This document shows positions 58,616 to 64,000 of a DNA stretch of 64,000 bases, piece after piece. The stretch covers positions 20,521 to 84,520 of the forward strand of contig CAZWEM010000015.1 of assembly GCA_964632315.1 (NCBI GenBank), in the 5' to 3' direction. This stretch comes from an uncultured archaeon. GTDB lineage: Archaea > Asgardarchaeota > Lokiarchaeia > Sigyniarchaeales > SOKP01. The notes under the pieces are model-generated. The model did not search any database. It saw nothing but the letters and a program-made list of their open reading frames with translations, and was not told where the DNA came from. Made by a program: the position numbers and the translations under genes. The stretch's first letter is position 1. Every line of letters begins with the position of its first letter.

Positions 58616-60103
58616 ATGAGTTTCTTAGCAATCGATTTAGGTACTCAAAGTATCAGAGCGGCAGTTGTAGATAAAAAAGGACAAATTAAAACCCTTTCTC
58701 AGATGTCTCAAGATGTTGATTCCCCATACCCGGGATGGGCTCAACAAATGCCTGAAATATGGTGGAAGCTTACAAAAGAAGTGATTAAACAAACTGTTCA
58801 GCAATATAAGAAAAAAAGCAAGATTAATGAAATTGAGGGAATTTGCACGTGCGGCCAGATGCATGGTCCAGTAGGAATTGATCAAAATGGGAATATTACC
58901 ACTAAATGGACTCAAATTTGGATGGATAAGCGTTCTGAAACTATTTGTCAGATGATAAGAAATAATTACGATGAAATTAAATTAGCGAAGATTTCAGGAA
59001 ATCCAATAACCACCGGATGGCCTGGAGTTAAGATAAGATGGATAAAAGACAATCAAAGAGAACTATATGAAGCCACGGAGTACTTTCTTGTCCCTAAAGA
59101 TTTTATAAATTATAGATTGACTGGAATCGCAGCAACCGATCATAGTGAAGCATCTGGAACCTATTTATACGATGTAAATGAAGAAAGATATTCAAAAACA
59201 ATGGAAAAGGTATTAGATGTCGATTTAAAGAAGTTTGCCCCCATCCATGAATCCTATGATATAATAGGAAACTTGAAACCCAATATTGCACGAGACTTGG
59301 GACTCCCTATCGAATTACCAGTGATAGCAGGTGGCGGAGATTTTATTGTTTCATTGCTTGGTATTGGCCTCGTAGATAGTTCTACTGCAGTTGATATGAC
59401 CGGTACGAGCACGTTACTCGTAGTATATAAGAATAAGCCTATTTTAGATCCAGCGATCCAAAATTTACGCCACGTGATAGGTGGATGGATTCCGTTTACT
59501 ATGCTTGATTGTGGTGGCCTTGCTATAAAATGGTGCAAAGATCTGCTAAACTCAATAAATAATATTAATCATTCTTATGAACAAATAATCAAAATTGCAA
59601 GTCAAGCACAAATAGGTAGTGAAGGATTACTTTTTTATCCATACCTATTAGGAGAAAGGAGAAAAGACAATGTTTCGGCTCGGGGAGCTTTTTTCAATTT
59701 AAGCATAACGCATCAAGCGAAACATTTTTGTCGATCGATAATGGAAGGTGTAGCTTTGGCGTTAGGCAGAGACATCGCACACTTTAGAAATCTAGGAATC
59801 GATCTCAAAAAAGTAGTTTGTTTAGGTGGAGCAACACGTAATAATTTTTTATATCAAATAAAAAGTAATGTTACGAATCTGCCACATTATATCACGAATC
59901 AACCCGAATCGAGTTTAAGTGGTTGTGGTATCCTAACTGCCTATGCTTTAGGAAAGATTGATGATTTCGAGGAAATTAAGGTGAATCATCCTTCTCTAAT
60001 TATCAAACCCGAAGACTCCGTAGTACTAAAATACAACACGATTCAAAATGAATTTAACCGCATGTATGAGCATATGTTAGGTTATTGGAATAAAAAAACT
60101 TAA
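58616..60103 (+). CDS. FGGY carbohydrate kinase (xylulokinase-like)
   Basis: IDLGTQS, GQMHG, WMDKR, PKD, GGD, GTS, PYLLGER, MEGVA. Confidence 0.92.
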   Translation: MSFLAIDLGTQSIRAAVVDKKGQIKTLSQMSQDVDSPYPGWAQQMPEIWWKLTKEVIKQTVQQYKKKSKINEIEGICTCGQMHGPVGIDQNGNITTKWTQIWMDKRSETICQMIRNNYDEIKLAKISGNPITTGWPGVKIRWIKDNQRELYEATEYFLVPKDFINYRLTGIAATDHSEASGTYLYDVNEERYSKTMEKVLDVDLKKFAPIHESYDIIGNLKPNIARDLGLPIELPVIAGGGDFIVSLLGIGLVDSSTAVDMTGTSTLLVVYKNKPILDPAIQNLRHVIGGWIPFTMLDCGGLAIKWCKDLLNSINNINHSYEQIIKIASQAQIGSEGLLFYPYLLGERRKDNVSARGAFFNLSITHQAKHFCRSIMEGVALALGRDIAHFRNLGIDLKKVVCLGGATRNNFLYQIKSNVTNLPHYITNQPESSLSGCGILTAYALGKIDDFEEIKVNHPSLIIKPEDSVVLKYNTIQNEFNRMYEHMLGYWNKKT

Positions 60104-61176
60104 AAAAAGATCTCTTTAGCTATTTGCCCAATAGGCCTAAATACTTTAAGATCTCCATCCCAATCTTTCAAAACATTACCGTATGTTTGTTCTATTTTAT
60201 CTATGAAATTTTTAAGCAGAATTTGTAGAGAGACAAGATTTTCTTCGGATATCAGAGTTCCATAGATATATTTTCCCGGATGAATGGTGATATGCTTACC
60301 CTTTTTCTCAATGAATGAGGTGGTTTCTTTTTTACTAACCGTTTCAAGCATCATTTTTAATGAAGTTAATGCGCCAGAAGTTGCTGAATCATAGTAAGTA
60401 TCTCCAGGCTTAAAAGATCTTTCGAAAATCAATAAACCAGATTTATGAATAATGAAAATACTATCGATTTTTTGTTGCCAATTATATTCTGAGAAGGATG
60501 GAATTGAAGAAAAATAAAAGTACAAAAAGAATAATGCTAGAAGTTGGAATAAGTCGCCTATCAATCTACTACCTAAACCAAATAAATTGATCGAAAAATC
60601 GATTGTTAAGCCAAACCCTATTATTAAGAGAGAAATACCAGCAAAAAGCTTTATCAGATGCTTATTATAATTTCCCAGAATAGGATTTTTTTCAAAAATT
60701 GAATTTAATTCTTTGGAGTAGTAAATAAAAAATGTTATGAAAATTGCAAAAAATATAGGTGATAAAATTTGAGTAATACTAATATCGATTAATGATAGAA
60801 TAGCAAAAAATATTAAATATATGACAAAAATTATTGAAAAGAGAAATTTTCTTTTGAAAATTTTATATTTTTCTATAATAAATATAAAAATGAATGCGCA
60901 GATTGCTAAAGACATGTATCCTAAGTTTAAACATATGATCCGGAGAGAGGAATCGACCACATAATAGTCACTAATAATGAAAAATAAGATCGTAGTTGAA
61001 TATCCTAAAAATACCCAGAAGTACGCTTTTTCCTCAAGCCTCTTAACATTTCTTTTATTTTTCACTACTTTATTCATAAATATTAGAGCTATTTCTAGTG
61101 AAAGCAAACAGATTAAACTTTCAAGAATGACTAACCACTGAGCTAGACTGCCTGTCAAGGGGAATTGTACTATCAT
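60100..61176 (-). CDS. 7-TM membrane domain fused to C-terminal longin-like domain
   Basis: Seven hydrophobic helices by eye; IFIIHKSGLLIFERSF, SGALTSL, WDGDLKVF. Confidence 0.75.
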   Translation of the reverse strand: MIVQFPLTGSLAQWLVILESLICLLSLEIALIFMNKVVKNKRNVKRLEEKAYFWVFLGYSTTILFFIISDYYVVDSSLRIICLNLGYMSLAICAFIFIFIIEKYKIFKRKFLFSIIFVIYLIFFAILSLIDISITQILSPIFFAIFITFFIYYSKELNSIFEKNPILGNYNKHLIKLFAGISLLIIGFGLTIDFSINLFGLGSRLIGDLFQLLALFFLYFYFSSIPSFSEYNWQQKIDSIFIIHKSGLLIFERSFKPGDTYYDSATSGALTSLKMMLETVSKKETTSFIEKKGKHITIHPGKYIYGTLISEENLVSLQILLKNFIDKIEQTYGNVLKDWDGDLKVFRPIGQIAKEIFF

Positions 61177-61192
61177 GTAAATATCTCGCTTT

Positions 61193-62311
61193 TTAGGATT
61201 TTATTAATAAATTATCAATTTCTTCTTTGAATTTATCAAAAATAATGTTTTCCCTTCCTTCTATAGCTTCTATATCATTCAATAGAAGTTTAAAGCGGTT
61301 TTGAAAGAGTTTTTGAAGCACTTTTAGGAAGAAAGTCATGCTAACCATATCATCATCAACAATTATACAAAATATTAGTGATTCTAAACCATTAGTTCCA
61401 TAATTGAAAATCATGATTTGATCTTCTTGATTTATCCTCTGGATTTTATCTCCCTTAGTTTTTGTAATTAAGGAGATAATACTCTCTATTCCAATCAATC
61501 CTCTTGAAAAAAAGACGTTCTTATCGGACGACGCTTCGACTATTTCACTTGATTTAGTTCTAAAATTATAATTGTAGATTAGCTTAAGTCTTTTTTTATC
61601 AATTACATAGAAACTATCCAAGTTTTCTTGCCATTTAAATTCCAAAAAAACAGGAAAATCATAAAATGCATAAAAAATGATTAATTGACCAAGTATTATC
61701 AATGGAGTAAAAACATTTCTCGCCAATAACTGACCCTCAGGAGTAAATAAATACGGATCTTTCTCTGTTCCGAAAACAATACCAATAACTACCAATAATT
61801 CCCCTATAAATAAGATAAGTATTCTTACCTTAACGTTTCCAGTTGCATTTTGAATTAAAATCACGTGAAAGTATATCATAAAAATTACACCAATTAGTAT
61901 TGAAGAAAAGATAACAAGATTTTTCAATACCTCATCTTCAATCAGCATAATCAAAATCGAAGCTACAAAAGCGATTATGATTATGATTCTAATAATTGTA
62001 CTATTTAACAAGCTCTTGAAATCTTTTAAAGAGATTATCAGTAGAAATGATATAGCAGCAATAGAGATTAATATATGAGAGGCATTATTTAGAATAATAT
62101 TGAATGCTAAATCATTTACGAAATAACTATTAAAAGCTCTTACTACAATTCCAGTAAATCCAAATCCATATAACAATCCAAATGCTATAAGAAATTTATT
62201 TAATCCTAGATTTTCCTTTCTGATTTGATAATATTTATAGAATAAATAAAAACACATTTGATAAGTTAATGCTAGGATAATGAACAACAGCGGTAGATAA
62301 AAATCTATCAT
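61193..62311 (-). CDS. 7-TM membrane domain fused to C-terminal longin-like domain (paralog)
   Basis: Seven hydrophobic helices; P.F.EF.WQ linker shared with the neighbour; FYVID...LIYNYNF, SRGLIGIESII. Confidence 0.7.
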   Translation of the reverse strand: MIDFYLPLLFIILALTYQMCFYLFYKYYQIRKENLGLNKFLIAFGLLYGFGFTGIVVRAFNSYFVNDLAFNIILNNASHILISIAAISFLLIISLKDFKSLLNSTIIRIIIIIAFVASILIMLIEDEVLKNLVIFSSILIGVIFMIYFHVILIQNATGNVKVRILILFIGELLVVIGIVFGTEKDPYLFTPEGQLLARNVFTPLIILGQLIIFYAFYDFPVFLEFKWQENLDSFYVIDKKRLKLIYNYNFRTKSSEIVEASSDKNVFFSRGLIGIESIISLITKTKGDKIQRINQEDQIMIFNYGTNGLESLIFCIIVDDDMVSMTFFLKVLQKLFQNRFKLLLNDIEAIEGRENIIFDKFKEEIDNLLIKS

Positions 62312-62487
62312 GACTTAGGTCAATTATAATTATACGACTTAATAAATTTTATTTAATACGCAATTTAATCATCTATTTTTTTTTTGTACACAAAAGTTTT
62401 TCTAATAAAGGTTAAAATATAGTTGCGTTATTAATTATAAAGTATATTCTATCCAAAATTATCATTTTTTAGTTTGAGGGGTTTAAC

Positions 62488-63021
62488 ATCTCAATAGATC
62501 TTGCTTTTAAAATTTGCGTTTTTGGAGATTCGGGTGTGGGTAAAACCTCTCTTATTTCTCGTTTTTTGACAAAAGGTTTCGACCCAAATATTGGACAGTC
62601 AATGGGAGTTGATATTAGAGCAAAAACAATGGATATTCAAAATTTAAAGGTAAACCTCCAAATTTGGGATTTTGTTGGTCAAATTGAATTTCGGAATGTT
62701 CTTTTAAATTACGCGAGAGGAGCTGGCGGGGGTATCTTTGTGTATGATATCACTAATAGCTCCAGCATGGAAAATATCAATCAATGGCTTGGGTTATTCA
62801 AAGAAAAATTAGCTGAATGGAAAAAAATTCCTATAATTATCGCAGGAAATAAGTCTGATCTCTCTGCTGAAAGAGAGGTGTCATCTGAAGATGTATTCAA
62901 AATTTCGGAAGATCACGTAATACATGAATTTTTAGAATGTTCGGCTAAATCTGGATTTAATGTAGAGAAGTTGTTTAGTAACCTATGTATAGAAATAATG
63001 CGTCGATCTAATTTTATGTGA
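62488..63021 (+). CDS. Rab/Ras-like small GTPase; probable ATC start at 62488
   Basis: FKICVFGDSGVGKT (upstream of track GTG 62536), WDFVGQ, NKSD, ECSAK; GAGGGG SD; in-frame TAG at 62470-62472. Confidence 0.92.
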   Translation: MSIDLAFKICVFGDSGVGKTSLISRFLTKGFDPNIGQSMGVDIRAKTMDIQNLKVNLQIWDFVGQIEFRNVLLNYARGAGGGIFVYDITNSSSMENINQWLGLFKEKLAEWKKIPIIIAGNKSDLSAEREVSSEDVFKISEDHVIHEFLECSAKSGFNVEKLFSNLCIEIMRRSNFM

Positions 63022-63191
63022 CTTATAAATTGAAGATAACAAAAAAGCAAAAAAATGGTCTAAGATTTTACAAAATCGAACTGAGTAGTAAATCAATTGT
63101 CTAATTCGATATTCCTAAAGCTTAATGCTTGTGAAGATAATTAATTATTTCAATCACATAAAAAGGAGTAAAAAATAAAAAAAGTTTAAAT

Positions 63192-64000
63192 TTATAGTTC
63201 CAGTCTACTGGATGGTTTCATGAAATCTGATTCTATAGGCTTTTCAACGATGTCCAACAAGTTATACTCCGTGATCATTTGCAGCACGCCCATGACTTTC
63301 ATGCCATGCTCGTATTGCTCATTCGCGTCAGTTAAATTTCTCCAGCAAAATGGGCATTCGGTTGTAAGAATATCAGCACCAACTGCATCTGCTTCGTCAC
63401 ATCTTAGACTTGCCGTGCGTATTGAGAAATCAGGATATCCTGCTCTGACACCTCCTCCCGCACCACAGCACATGCTGTTTAACTTTATCCGATACATCTC
63501 CTTGAATTTAATGCCCACATCTTCTTCAAGCTTTCTAAGGATTACTCGTGGAATCTCAAACCATTCATCAATCACTCGATCTATCTTTCGCATATCGAAC
63601 ATGAGATTTTTCGAGTTTTTAATCATTTCCTGCTCCATATCTATAGCAAAGTGACGCCCAGTATGACAAGGATCGTGATAGGTCACGACTTTTCCTTTTA
63701 ATTCCTTATTTGGCTTGAATTTAATTTCTCCCTTGAAATCCTTGATCTCTTCCAATTCAGCTTTTAAGCTTTTTATTTGACTCTGAATGTATTTATCATT
63801 AGGTTTTTCTTTTAACTTTGCCTCAAGCTCCGAGATTTCTTTTGGTATTTCCTTTTTTCTTTTTGGAATCTCGATCAATGAAGAAACTAATTCGAATGCG
63901 TGTTTGGTCTTGAATGGTAATTTTTCTCCTTCAGCCATCCATTTAGGATAATCAATCGTGAAAGTTCGGTAACAACCAGCACATGAGAAATATACCATCT
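63192..64000 (-). CDS. HdrD-like CCG-domain Fe-S oxidoreductase, 5' end outside the window
   Basis: SCAGC, TYHDPCH.GR, CCGAGGG, ECPFC. Confidence 0.88.
   Translation of the reverse strand, partial: MVYFSCAGCYRTFTIDYPKWMAEGEKLPFKTKHAFELVSSLIEIPKRKKEIPKEISELEAKLKEKPNDKYIQSQIKSLKAELEEIKDFKGEIKFKPNKELKGKVVTYHDPCHTGRHFAIDMEQEMIKNSKNLMFDMRKIDRVIDEWFEIPRVILRKLEEDVGIKFKEMYRIKLNSMCCGAGGGVRAGYPDFSIRTASLRCDEADAVGADILTTECPFCWRNLTDANEQYEHGMKVMGVLQMITEYNLLDIVEKPIESDFMKPSSRLEL

Noticed and set aside
54039-63021. Prenyltransferase-like domain acting as Rab geranylgeranyltransferase for the nearby GTPase
   Set aside because: Neither GTPase has a terminal CC/CxC/CaaX and Zn-ligand motifs are not evident in the barrel
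809-63654. Remaining short track ORFs nested in or antisense to called genes (e.g. 3515-3832, 22391-22780, 35346-35735, 50199-50525, 63220-63654)
   Set aside because: Overlap well-supported genes and show no motifs; treated as shadow ORFs

Overview
AT-rich, gene-dense chromosomal segment of an Asgard archaeon, most likely Lokiarchaeia. This is inferred from archaeal-type ThrRS/GluRS, rps8e, SRP19, an HMf-type histone, proteasome beta, RibK/RibL and BHB-intron tRNAs, together with eukaryotic-signature proteins (two Rab/Ras-like GTPases, three longin-domain proteins, a gelsolin-like domain, PCI/winged-helix membrane proteins). About 65 CDS and two tRNAs were found, each tRNA with a 30-nt intron at a non-canonical position. 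No transposase, integrase or cas gene was seen. Main unexplained signals: (1) six genes apparently start at ATT/ATC. For five of them no in-frame ATG/GTG/TTG lies between the upstream stop and the conserved N-terminal motif or ORF start, two are missing from the ORF track, and several have SD-like motifs or stop/start coupling. (2) Two tandem 7TM-longin fusion genes lie head-to-head with a Rab-like GTPase, a candidate receptor-GEF-GTPase module. (3) Two copies of a 30-nt piece of the histone gene lie downstream of it at a 60-nt period, one differing only at synonymous positions. (4) A membrane-anchored gelsolin-like protein, an NPRL2-like longin-wHTH protein and a 1483-aa tail-anchored prenyltransferase-barrel/coiled-coil/PCI-like protein. 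All family calls are by eye from motifs; no searches were run.
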